NCBI GenBank assembly: GCA_044342325.1
Contig: JBIIPZ010000009.1
Location: 19,924 to 83,923 of the forward strand
Reading direction: 5' to 3'
Length of the DNA: 64,000 nt
Source of the DNA: Terrimicrobiaceae bacterium
GTDB lineage: Bacteria; Verrucomicrobiota; Verrucomicrobiia; Chthoniobacterales; Terrimicrobiaceae
Every line of letters begins with the position of its first letter. Positions within the stretch are counted from its first letter, which is position 1. Both the position numbers and the translations under genes were made by a program. The notes under the pieces were generated by a model. The model saw only the letters and a list, made by a program, of their open reading frames with translations. It was not told where the DNA came from and did no database searches. Of the stretch, positions 22,401-30,488 are shown in pieces.

Positions 22401-23048
22401 CATTTTCTGGTCGGGGTTCTTTTTGAGATCGACCGGCACACCGGCGAGTTCCGCCGAAAGGCCGAGGATGAAACCCATCTTGCCGGGCTGGATGGTTTGC
22501 GAGGCGGTTAAAGAAGCGAAGTCCGAGTAGGCCCACACATCCGCGAGGCAAAACGGAACGCTGGATTCGCTCTGGATGCGAATGCGCATTCTCCCGTCCG
22601 CCGGAACTATCGCACGATCCACCTCGACAAAAAAATGATTCGGCCCGGAGCCGGCCTCCTCATAGTTGCGGAAATAGACCTCCTTGCCCGAAACAAAGAT
22701 TCGGTAGCCGAACACGCCCGTTTGGCGGTTGTGGATTTCACGGAATTCCAATGTCAATGGTGTCTTGGATGCGCGCAATTCGGCGGGCGGAACCTTCAAG
22801 TCGAACTCAAGGGTGGCATCACGCCCCTTGAGTTCGCGGGCGGTGTAGCGGCGCTCGAGGACGCCCAGCTTCGAATCGATCTGTATGACCCGCGATTCGC
22901 CGGATGCGACTTTCAAGCCGTGCGAGCTCTCGCTAGCGGGATTTCCAAAGACCAACTGATCGGAAATCCGCGATGCGCTCGGAGCAGCATAAGCAATTGT
23001 TGACAATATCAGAGCGAGAAATATCCCGAGGCGGATGCGTGGTTCCAT
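19410..23048 (-). CDS. Large secreted uncharacterised protein, paralogue A4 (subtype II)
   Basis: Signal peptide; EIHNR, VYFRNYEE..GPNHFFVE, DGRGGYFSD, SFPNQWG, YAEMGP, WNSGE, NIER. Confidence 0.85.
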   Translation of the reverse strand: MEPRIRLGIFLALILSTIAYAAPSASRISDQLVFGNPASESSHGLKVASGESRVIQIDSKLGVLERRYTARELKGRDATLEFDLKVPPAELRASKTPLTLEFREIHNRQTGVFGYRIFVSGKEVYFRNYEEAGSGPNHFFVEVDRAIVPADGRMRIRIQSESSVPFCLADVWAYSDFASLTASQTIQPGKMGFILGLSAELAGVPVDLKKNPDQKMKVVEALEQKYGGLQSYELGLMGSVAYTLRSRPEGQKSIDDTLEISAATGLPYHLMFSSWWGGAATGMDGRGGYFSDLQYEGVSYNAETKTYNPSFPNQWGSSLWPTRNDPHLNKINNLRIERLTRYLVDRRATMELGGAKLPTGVIYAEMGPGYGLEANQQTRELAKRDGITLDPEDGISREEAEWALKNYGAYFAQQVPAYRAGLGRGTIKIDNGKVEFPTDPVFDNIYTHGFWGIGGPLNDPKFAFWQANLNEGMWNSGELTEAYPQAWYDYVVANGRIACVNIERVMIQDLRYMPFAYGNGLQFVCLFNAKPGDEDLLKKEDGIADKPNPPIDYPRRVLDVNFARDKSPLKSPGVIKLHGLSDAIKGGNIHALKSKEEGEIICEISDPETAFANGLELKVSGATSRVPLKGSYIKVLAGSSATQLTEVKTLLAADFIAGGGWGNKSFATVDLSTIAKGNKSVFVAVKIASEGMPAEVTISQISAYIPWSIKAGQTDGWVPNLGDSRRRSLWVQQRARLDRMVQMFEQAGGSGEVLAKASEMKTSGFYTQALEFLFREYAQVLPARFAMKGTGKLANKPVEVSVKGPESVVVVDLLKISPEGIDLELRAETDTPSSVAFSGLPENSTWKLFRISGPLFHLRPAAKDDPEAVAATAGRASFDLTIGQPQLPPLPKTFVAQGTGGGFAIQDVELTDGEMARRIPLVKDALITRRKVGEPVNNNRYRGRYDGDRLSLTLNDAGEVERIDAEFGKDAGTIKSFTPPSVYPERSNGIIELDNGNRYELGYNRGMTDTEVVGLSALKSSSLETIKQAFAPGQWVEVSYAPYTSHNRPPRILKISQPVETIFKEDYGTSDDSWVQRAVEVENIHVADLKGRKLWPKKAWTPGHVVYRIEAPRPLGQTSVGFTGRLILNPENRITLFVRTDGGEWQTCGEYVTASSGSNNFGALKMVDVTPWVRGKKSFELKVEMLTTNSTWCSIGLIEVRTEGDHSQPLKN

Positions 23049-23056
23049 GCGGTCGT

Positions 23057-25165
23057 TTATTGGTTGGAGATCCAGTCCGCATCAATGAGGCGGGGGGCTT
23101 TGATGCCGGGAATTTTTGGTGAGCATTCGTCCACACCGGCGACGCGGTCGATGACGCGGCCGGCGACTGCGTCGAAGAATCCCCATATGGCCACGCCGCG
23201 CGGGTAGAAGTGGAGGTTGTTGCCGCCAAAGGTTTCAAAGAAAAGCGCCGGCGCCTGGGCATTGGTTGTCAGCTGCCAGTTCCAGTAGCGTTCGGAGAGA
23301 TGTCGGAAATCGAGCCCTCGATAAAGGGCAGCTATGTCACGAAGCATGTTCATGGAAATCCAGCCTGGCTTTGCAGAGACACCAGCCATTCCATCCTGAA
23401 GACCACCGAGAGCATATTCATCCGCAGCGTAGTCACTGTGCGAGCACCCGTATTCGCAAAGACACGCCTCGGTCGCGTTGGCCAAGTCTGAGACCAGTCT
23501 GACTTCATCAAGACCGGTCGAGAAGCCGACCATGTCAAGCGGCGCGAGGCCGTTTGCAGTGTAGATGTGGTAGCCATCCCAGCCGGGAACGATTTCCATG
23601 CCGAGATCCTTGCCTGTCCAAGGGTTTTTGAGCCCTCTGCCATCGGTGTTGAGCAGACAGATATAGTGGTCGTCTTTCCAGCCCTCGGATTCCACACGAC
23701 CGCGAATGAAGTCGGCTTTATTTCGGAAATGATTTGCCGTGGCGGCATCGCCAAGCTGCTCAAGGATCGCAGCACCGCATTGGAAGGCGGCAAGTGTCTT
23801 CACTGCGAGATAGACCTGCTCGCGGCCGTATTGCAATGCCGGAGCACCGTCATCGATGGTGTTCGCCACCCCGACATCGGGCACACCTTTGCCCTTGGTG
23901 TCGCAGCGCTCCAGGAAGCGCAAGTATTTTACCACCGTGTCCGACCACTTTCGGGCGATCGAGAAGTCCCCTGTTCGCCTCCAGTGCGCGTAGAGCATGA
24001 TGAGGTAGTTGGTGGTCTCCTCGACTTCCATCTCATGGGGATAGTCCTGACCATTGGCTTGAGCCATGGCGCCGCAATCGTGGGAAAGAAATTCGGTGCC
24101 CTCCCCGCGGTCGCCCAAGGTCAGAGTCCCAGACTTGGAAAACTCGGGCCAATAATCGAGTTCAATCGCGAGCAGTTCAGGCCAGACCGCGAGATAAAAC
24201 GGCGACTGGGTGAATTCGACATCCACCGTGGAATGAAATCCGCAGCTGCCTTCCCAGACGCTGAACCAGTCATTGCCATCGCGATCCACCCACCAAGTGT
24301 TCATTAGCCAGGAATGCAGCGTCTGCGCCATGAGATTGTTGATGGATGGCGAGAGATTGTTGGCGGTAACAATAGCATCAACCTTTTCGGCGTTGGCGAA
24401 GATTTCGCCACCGTTTGCCCGCGCCCAATCGGCGACGGCGTCGAGAGAGACGAAGCGCGACGCATAGAAAAAGGGGTGCTTTTCCCCAAAAACCTCAAGG
24501 ACTGGCGAGTTGTGGCTGCACCAGAAAATATCTAGGGAACGCTGACCAAATTCCTTCACCGGCACCTCGATCGAAAAGCGGTTTCCCTCTCGTTGTGCGC
24601 CGGGAGCCACGATGCGGTCCAACTGTTTCAGACGACTGGCGGGATCGGACGCTTTTTCGTGGGAATTGCGGAGTGTGAGGCTACTGAAAGAAACATCCAA
24701 CGCTTCTTTGGCGGAGGCCTCGAATTTCATGTCTTGGCTCGAAACCTCGAAAAACAACTCCACGGATTCAGGAGCCATCTTCACCGGGTGCCAACGGAAG
24801 TTTCCGGAGATTTTGGAAACGGAAACACGCGCGGCGACAATGGGAATCGTTGAGAACGCGGGATCCTTGGGACGGAAGGGCGTGGCGAATTCGAGCGTCA
24901 CCTTGATGCCCGAGTCCTCGTGGATGCCGATCAACCGGCTTGTGCAGGGAGTGATTCGTTGATCGAAGAAGCCAAACCGCTGTCCCTCCCGGCAAAGGGG
25001 AAAAACAAATTCTTGGCCATCGATCCGCAAGCCCACACGGATTTCGAGGGCGGCGGCTTCGTGAAACATGTCGAAGCGGATGATGCGGGCATTACCACCG
25101 ATGGGATCGAGGATCAGGCCATGGCGGGAACCGAGAACGGAAATGGCGTCTGCGATAGGATTCAT
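23057..25165 (-). CDS. GtaA/DUF4965-like six-hairpin (alpha/alpha)6 protein (often labelled glutaminase; probable glycosidase)
   Basis: STVDV, SHDCG..AQANGQDYPHEMEVEETTNYLIM and NTIDD match the DUF4965-type signature; no signal peptide. Confidence 0.7.
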   Translation of the reverse strand: MNPIADAISVLGSRHGLILDPIGGNARIIRFDMFHEAAALEIRVGLRIDGQEFVFPLCREGQRFGFFDQRITPCTSRLIGIHEDSGIKVTLEFATPFRPKDPAFSTIPIVAARVSVSKISGNFRWHPVKMAPESVELFFEVSSQDMKFEASAKEALDVSFSSLTLRNSHEKASDPASRLKQLDRIVAPGAQREGNRFSIEVPVKEFGQRSLDIFWCSHNSPVLEVFGEKHPFFYASRFVSLDAVADWARANGGEIFANAEKVDAIVTANNLSPSINNLMAQTLHSWLMNTWWVDRDGNDWFSVWEGSCGFHSTVDVEFTQSPFYLAVWPELLAIELDYWPEFSKSGTLTLGDRGEGTEFLSHDCGAMAQANGQDYPHEMEVEETTNYLIMLYAHWRRTGDFSIARKWSDTVVKYLRFLERCDTKGKGVPDVGVANTIDDGAPALQYGREQVYLAVKTLAAFQCGAAILEQLGDAATANHFRNKADFIRGRVESEGWKDDHYICLLNTDGRGLKNPWTGKDLGMEIVPGWDGYHIYTANGLAPLDMVGFSTGLDEVRLVSDLANATEACLCEYGCSHSDYAADEYALGGLQDGMAGVSAKPGWISMNMLRDIAALYRGLDFRHLSERYWNWQLTTNAQAPALFFETFGGNNLHFYPRGVAIWGFFDAVAGRVIDRVAGVDECSPKIPGIKAPRLIDADWISNQ

Positions 25166-26784
25166 TTGTTTTTGACTGGCAGGATGGTGACGTTGAGTTT
25201 TTTGGCTGTCTCAGGGGAAAGATCGGCAAGGATCGCTTGCAAAGGCACTTCGTCTTTGTGGTTGGCCTCTTCGTATTTTTTCATGATGTCCTTCATCACA
25301 GCGGCGACTTCGGGTTCGGTGTTCACAAGGTTTTGAGTCTGCTGCGGATCGGTGCCGAGGTTGTAGAGTTGCTCTTGGGGCGCGTCGGGCTTGATTTTGC
25401 CAGTCTTATCGTAGTCCGAGTGTGTCTGGCCGAGCTTCACGATAGGTCCTTGACTGAAAAGTCCCCCGGGGCCTTGCTGTGGATGGTAGGACCAATCGCC
25501 CACACGGAGCGCGCTGGCTTTTCCTTTGTAAAACATGCCGTCGAGTCCGGGTGCCTTGTCGGAATCGAGAAGAAGAGGAAGCATATTGACGCTGTCCACC
25601 GCCGCGCCCGGCGGCACAGGCACATCCGCCGCGGCCAGGAAGGTGTCATAGAGATCAGTCAGTGAAAAAAGTTTGTTGGTCGTCTTGCCGGCGGCGATTT
25701 TACCAGGCCACCAAGCGATCGTAGGAACGCGGTGCCCTCCCTCCCAGGTGTCGGTCTTGGTTCCGAGATAGTCTCCATTTGTCTTGTAGCCAACCGAGGC
25801 TGTGTCGCCAAAGACCGCACCGCCGTTGTCGCTTGTGAAAACCACCAGCGTATTTTCCGCCAACCCTTTTTCCTGAAGGCAGGCCATCACCTTGCCGACC
25901 GCGAAATCGAGTTGGTTGCAGTATTCCGCATTTCGGACCGCATTGTTGTTTTGCTTTTTGATTCGCTGGCCCAGCGGGCTTTTCCCGCTGAATTCAGGAG
26001 CAACGGCCAGCGGCACATGAGGAGCGAACCATGGCAGGTAGATAAAAAATGGCTTTTCGGGTGTCTGGCGGCCGATGAATTCGCAGGCCTTGTCAGCCAT
26101 GATCAGGTCGAGTCGATACATATCGCAGGCCTCGTGGGCGGCCTTGGCACCGACACTCATTCCCCAGCCCGCAGGCGCATTCGCAGGGGGCTTTATGCCG
26201 CGCGCCTTAGCATCCTCCGAACTGATCATCTCGATCGGGTCTTTAGGATCGCCTTTGTGGATGCGGTTGTTCTCAACAAAAACATAGGGCGGCTGGGCGT
26301 GGCTGTTCGGCATACCGAAGAACCAGTCGAATCCGCATTCGTTCGGACCTGGCTTTAGGTCGCCATTCCAATCCGTCGGCTCGCCTCGATTGGTGAGGCC
26401 GAAGCCCAGGTGCCATTTGCCAAAAGCAGCAGTGTTGTAGCCTGCTTTTTGGAGAAGCTGCGGGAAGAGAATCTCATCTTTTCGGAAATAAATTCCCGAT
26501 TGAACCCGCCCGTAGGCCGAGCGGCCGTAGTAACGACCCGAAAGGATCGCGTATCGAGTGGGTTGGCAGACGGCCGCCGGCGAGTGGGCGTCGGTGAATT
26601 TCAGCCCACCGGCAGCGAGCTTGTCGATGTTGGGTGTCGAGACATCAGTTTGCCCATAGGCGCCCAGATCCCCGATGCCCATATCATCGGCCAGAAACAG
26701 AATAATATTAGGGCGCCTGGATTCTGCAAAGGTTTGCACTACGACCAAAAAAACAAAAAGGACTGGCAGGAGGATTTTTTTCAT
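25162..26784 (-). CDS. Cys-type sulfatase, secreted (close paralogue of 4177..5802)
   Basis: ATG 26784 (ATGA overlap), signal peptide MKKILLPVLF; PNIILFLADDMG, CQPTR, QSGIYF, WEGGHRVP. Confidence 0.93.
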   Translation of the reverse strand: MKKILLPVLFVFLVVVQTFAESRRPNIILFLADDMGIGDLGAYGQTDVSTPNIDKLAAGGLKFTDAHSPAAVCQPTRYAILSGRYYGRSAYGRVQSGIYFRKDEILFPQLLQKAGYNTAAFGKWHLGFGLTNRGEPTDWNGDLKPGPNECGFDWFFGMPNSHAQPPYVFVENNRIHKGDPKDPIEMISSEDAKARGIKPPANAPAGWGMSVGAKAAHEACDMYRLDLIMADKACEFIGRQTPEKPFFIYLPWFAPHVPLAVAPEFSGKSPLGQRIKKQNNNAVRNAEYCNQLDFAVGKVMACLQEKGLAENTLVVFTSDNGGAVFGDTASVGYKTNGDYLGTKTDTWEGGHRVPTIAWWPGKIAAGKTTNKLFSLTDLYDTFLAAADVPVPPGAAVDSVNMLPLLLDSDKAPGLDGMFYKGKASALRVGDWSYHPQQGPGGLFSQGPIVKLGQTHSDYDKTGKIKPDAPQEQLYNLGTDPQQTQNLVNTEPEVAAVMKDIMKKYEEANHKDEVPLQAILADLSPETAKKLNVTILPVKNK

Positions 26785-29700
26785 GGAAGGGATTTTGAGG
26801 ATTTTTCCGTGGCAACCCGGAGTTTTGCAACGCAGAAGCGATGGTCGGCAGAGTTCATTGTCATTTCTATTTTCAGGTAGAATTTTTTCAAGCCCTGAAC
26901 GGAGGGAGTCATGTCGATGAATTGATACGGCAGTTCGTCGAGATTTTGTGAAATATTGTTCTGCCAAGTATTATCGAATTGGCCGCAGCGCATCCACTCA
27001 ACGCCATCGGGGCTGGTATAAACCGTCACGCGACTGGAATCTTCAAACGCCCTTGCGGCAATCTCCACGACAGTGGTGCCGAGGGGTTTTTCGTTTTGGA
27101 TCAAATAGGTCACGCTCCCTGGCAGGAAGGGCTTGAGTGGGCGGAGGAGCGCCATCTCAACGCGATACAGGTAGTTCGGCTCAGGTTTGTGGACGACCAC
27201 ATCGGCATCCCGGATTCCAACCGTGGCGTTTTTCCAAGAACTGTCGGTAGCTTTTGTATAATCGACATCAAGCAGGATTTCGCGGGCCTGCCTAACCTCC
27301 AGCAAACGCGGAATGGAGTGCTCCGATTGGCACGGGGTGAATCGCAACTCGACTTCATGTCCGGGCTTGATGGCGTCCTTCAGGGCGCTGATCTCGTAGG
27401 CCGTGAGGGTTCCCTGGATGGCAACCGTGTCGAACTTCGTCACGGCCTTGTCGAACAGGAGTTCATATCGGTTCCCGCTTTCCATTTCGATGATGCCATT
27501 CGAGGGCTCCCCGACGATCTCAGGTGACTCAAATTTTTTGATTCGTCCCTTTTCGTAACCATATCTGGCCTTCACCGCCGTGACCTCGCCGGCCTCGTTG
27601 GTGTTAACAATGACCTCGTCATGGCGTTGAGGCATCTCGCCCTTGGCAGCCGCCTCTGTGCCCTCCATGCAGGCGGCCGAACGGGTGAAAACGGCATCCT
27701 TGGCGACCGGGAGGCTCATGCTCGACGCATAGTCCATGATCTCCAGATCCTGCGTGTCCACCTTGATGCGGTGTTTGTCTCCGGAAAGGAATCGGGCGAC
27801 AAATCGGGAACGCAGCTTGGGAGAGTGATCGGAAGGATTGCGGTGCGTGAGATCGAACGAAACTCGGCCGTTCTGAGGTCTGCGCCCGTTCGCGGTTTCG
27901 GTCAATTCGTAGCGTCCCTGACCCAGTGGGCGCAGCTTCCATTCGCCAGATGCTCCGAGGTTTTCCATGGCGATGGATAGCGGCTGGCTATCGCGACCCG
28001 ACTTGATGCTGAAAACGCAGCCCTCGGATCCGATTTTTTCGATGGTGAAAAATCCCCAATCCTCGGGACGTTCGAGCTTCAACTCGATGGGATAGCGCCC
28101 CAGACGACCATGCCCCCGCACCAAGTAGGTAGCAGGGAGCAGCTGGGAAATTTCCGATGCGAGGAGACGCCTCGCGCTGCCATACCAACCGCGCTCAAAG
28201 AAATCCTTTGCCTGACGATAAACCTCATCCTCGCCGCCAGTGGCAAAATATTTTTTCAAAAGGCTCGAGGCGATGGCGCGTTCCTGGGTCCAGAGCTGGA
28301 GCGTGCGTTGCTCACTCTTGCTCAGCGAGGGTTGGGCGAAGTAGCCGCTCTGCCTGGGCCAACTGGATTGCACATTGAGACTGAGCAAAAACGCCGCATC
28401 CGGGGCGTGCGTGGCGTTGAAGACGATCTTTAAATAAACGGTTTTTTGACCAATGGTCGAAGGACCGAGATCGAGGAGCTTGTGGGAAGTCATCCACGGC
28501 GTCCAGTGATTCGGGTCTGGCAGGTTTTTCTCCGTGAGCGTGGCGACTTTTTCCAAGCGCTCGAGGGAGGGGCCAACGAAGACCTCGATGTTGTTCGCCT
28601 CGCCTGGCGAGATGCGCCCATCAAGGTCCAAGGCGAGCGGTGCGGTGAAAGCGTTGCCTGAATTTGTCAGCTTGTAGATCAACTCTCCAGGCGCGGACAC
28701 ATCCTCGACCGCCAGGCGCAGCTTGCTGTGAACCTTCATGTTTTTTTGAGCAACAAGTTTGTCCTTCGGTCCGGCATGGAAATCCCGCTGCACGATCACA
28801 TCGAGCAGGGCGGGCTGGCGATGCACAGGAGGATCGATGGGATCGTTGGCGATTCCATCCACCTCGCGGACAAATTTCTCATCACCAGGATCAGCATTGA
28901 AGAAGCAGAGGAACTGAAAGCCTCGCTCGTAATGGCGCTTCATCACACTGAAGTTCTTTTTCAGGATCGTGCGCTCCATATTGATCATCGAGAGCTTCCC
29001 TCGGGCGCGCAGGTAGTCATACATGGCGATATCGCGGAAGTTCACTCCCTCACCCATTTCCCCGCTGCTCCAGAGTCCATCGACCATGCCATGCTGACCA
29101 CCACCCCAGCGCGGATCGTTCATGGGCTTGTCGGTAAGAAAATCCGGGTGAGCGTAAAGATTGTCGAAAAACTGCTCCTCGGGCAGCAGGAGCTTGCCTT
29201 GATCCACAATCGCGATATCCCGACCGATGTTTCGCTGCGAGCTATCGGCGAATTCCTGCCAGGTGCGAACGGCATCCCGGTGCATCCAGAGGCTTTCCTC
29301 GAAGCTCATGCCATCGGTGGGATCAAGGGTGACACCATCCCTCGCGGCCGCCTCGATGACGGCTTGGGAAATCTCACCGCTCGCTGGGGCAAATTCGCGC
29401 ACGATCATTGGCTGCGCGGGCTGTCCTTTTAGACGAAGCCAGGCAAGTTGCTCCTGAATGCCCTGCATGAGCTGCTGGAAGCGTTTTTCCAAAAAAGCAT
29501 TCATCACCGGATTGCGAAGGGCGGCACCGGGAGTGTTGCTCCACATGTTTGGCCATGAGGCGCGGTAGGTGCCAAGCGCGGGATCATAGATCGTGTGCGT
29601 GTATTGGATGTCGCTGAAATAGCCCCCACGCCCGTCGGTTCCCGTGGGCTTGCCTCCCCATCCCGTGCCATTGACGATCCAGAGGCCCGGCATGCCGGTC

Positions 29701-30485
29701 TCCGAGGAAAGGTCAATTTGGGAGAGGAGCTCTTTTCTGCCTTCCTCCGGATCGATGTGCCCGTAGCCGCCAGCGAAGTTCAAAAAACCAACCGGTCCGT
29801 AATCCTGAAACCCGGAATATGCAGCCCGCATTTTTTGGATTCGCTGGAGTTCGACACCCTCGCCTTGCAAGCGATTCGCGTCGCTTTCACCCTCTAGGCG
29901 GATCGAGCTGGTTGGAAAAATAATCGCCATTGGGCGAAAGACCTTTTCGGGCTTGGCCACCTTTTCAAAAAAGTCTTCATACACCCAGATTTTGCTAATG
30001 CTGAATGGCCCGCCCCCGTCGTGCCGCAGCGTGATCTCTAGCGGACTCCGACCTCTCAGAAATTCCTTGGGCACTTCTACAAAATAGTGGTTCGGCCCCG
30101 CGCCGAGTTCTTGGTAGGTGCGAAAATAGACCTCTTTTCCATTCACGAGCACGGTGTAGCCGAAAGCCTCCGGGCGGCGGTTGTGGATTTCCTGGATTTC
30201 CAGAATCAAACAGTTCGTTCCGGCTTGAAACGGCACCCGGAGCTGGATTCGGCTGCCTTTGCGGGGAAGAGTCTTCACGGGGAAGCCTTCTTGGAAGGCC
30301 CCCATCTCGGTTTCGATCCTTCCGTTTTCCACATCGACAGACTCCGAGACCACCGCCTGAGGAGCCGTGCAATCAATGACCAACGAGGCCCGCTCTTTTT
30401 CCTGAGGCACGACGGCCAAAGCGAAGCAGGTTAGCAGAGCCACTCCCATAAAGGGAAAAAAAGTGACACCCCATGGGTTACGCAT
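26781..30485 (-). CDS. Large secreted uncharacterised protein, paralogue A5 (subtype I)
   Basis: N-terminal hydrophobic signal; EIHNRR, VYFRTYQELGAGPNHYFVE, DGRGGYFSD, VREFAP, WSSGE, NMER, HKPEPNYL. Confidence 0.85.
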   Translation of the reverse strand: MRNPWGVTFFPFMGVALLTCFALAVVPQEKERASLVIDCTAPQAVVSESVDVENGRIETEMGAFQEGFPVKTLPRKGSRIQLRVPFQAGTNCLILEIQEIHNRRPEAFGYTVLVNGKEVYFRTYQELGAGPNHYFVEVPKEFLRGRSPLEITLRHDGGGPFSISKIWVYEDFFEKVAKPEKVFRPMAIIFPTSSIRLEGESDANRLQGEGVELQRIQKMRAAYSGFQDYGPVGFLNFAGGYGHIDPEEGRKELLSQIDLSSETGMPGLWIVNGTGWGGKPTGTDGRGGYFSDIQYTHTIYDPALGTYRASWPNMWSNTPGAALRNPVMNAFLEKRFQQLMQGIQEQLAWLRLKGQPAQPMIVREFAPASGEISQAVIEAAARDGVTLDPTDGMSFEESLWMHRDAVRTWQEFADSSQRNIGRDIAIVDQGKLLLPEEQFFDNLYAHPDFLTDKPMNDPRWGGGQHGMVDGLWSSGEMGEGVNFRDIAMYDYLRARGKLSMINMERTILKKNFSVMKRHYERGFQFLCFFNADPGDEKFVREVDGIANDPIDPPVHRQPALLDVIVQRDFHAGPKDKLVAQKNMKVHSKLRLAVEDVSAPGELIYKLTNSGNAFTAPLALDLDGRISPGEANNIEVFVGPSLERLEKVATLTEKNLPDPNHWTPWMTSHKLLDLGPSTIGQKTVYLKIVFNATHAPDAAFLLSLNVQSSWPRQSGYFAQPSLSKSEQRTLQLWTQERAIASSLLKKYFATGGEDEVYRQAKDFFERGWYGSARRLLASEISQLLPATYLVRGHGRLGRYPIELKLERPEDWGFFTIEKIGSEGCVFSIKSGRDSQPLSIAMENLGASGEWKLRPLGQGRYELTETANGRRPQNGRVSFDLTHRNPSDHSPKLRSRFVARFLSGDKHRIKVDTQDLEIMDYASSMSLPVAKDAVFTRSAACMEGTEAAAKGEMPQRHDEVIVNTNEAGEVTAVKARYGYEKGRIKKFESPEIVGEPSNGIIEMESGNRYELLFDKAVTKFDTVAIQGTLTAYEISALKDAIKPGHEVELRFTPCQSEHSIPRLLEVRQAREILLDVDYTKATDSSWKNATVGIRDADVVVHKPEPNYLYRVEMALLRPLKPFLPGSVTYLIQNEKPLGTTVVEIAARAFEDSSRVTVYTSPDGVEWMRCGQFDNTWQNNISQNLDELPYQFIDMTPSVQGLKKFYLKIEMTMNSADHRFCVAKLRVATEKSSKSLP

Positions 30486-30488
30486 CTT

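Noticed and set aside
26785..26967. Extended N-termini given by the ORF track (also at 2621, 16346, 19476, 46736, 56168)
   Set aside because: They overlap upstream genes; downstream ATGs give clean signal peptides and stop/start coupling.
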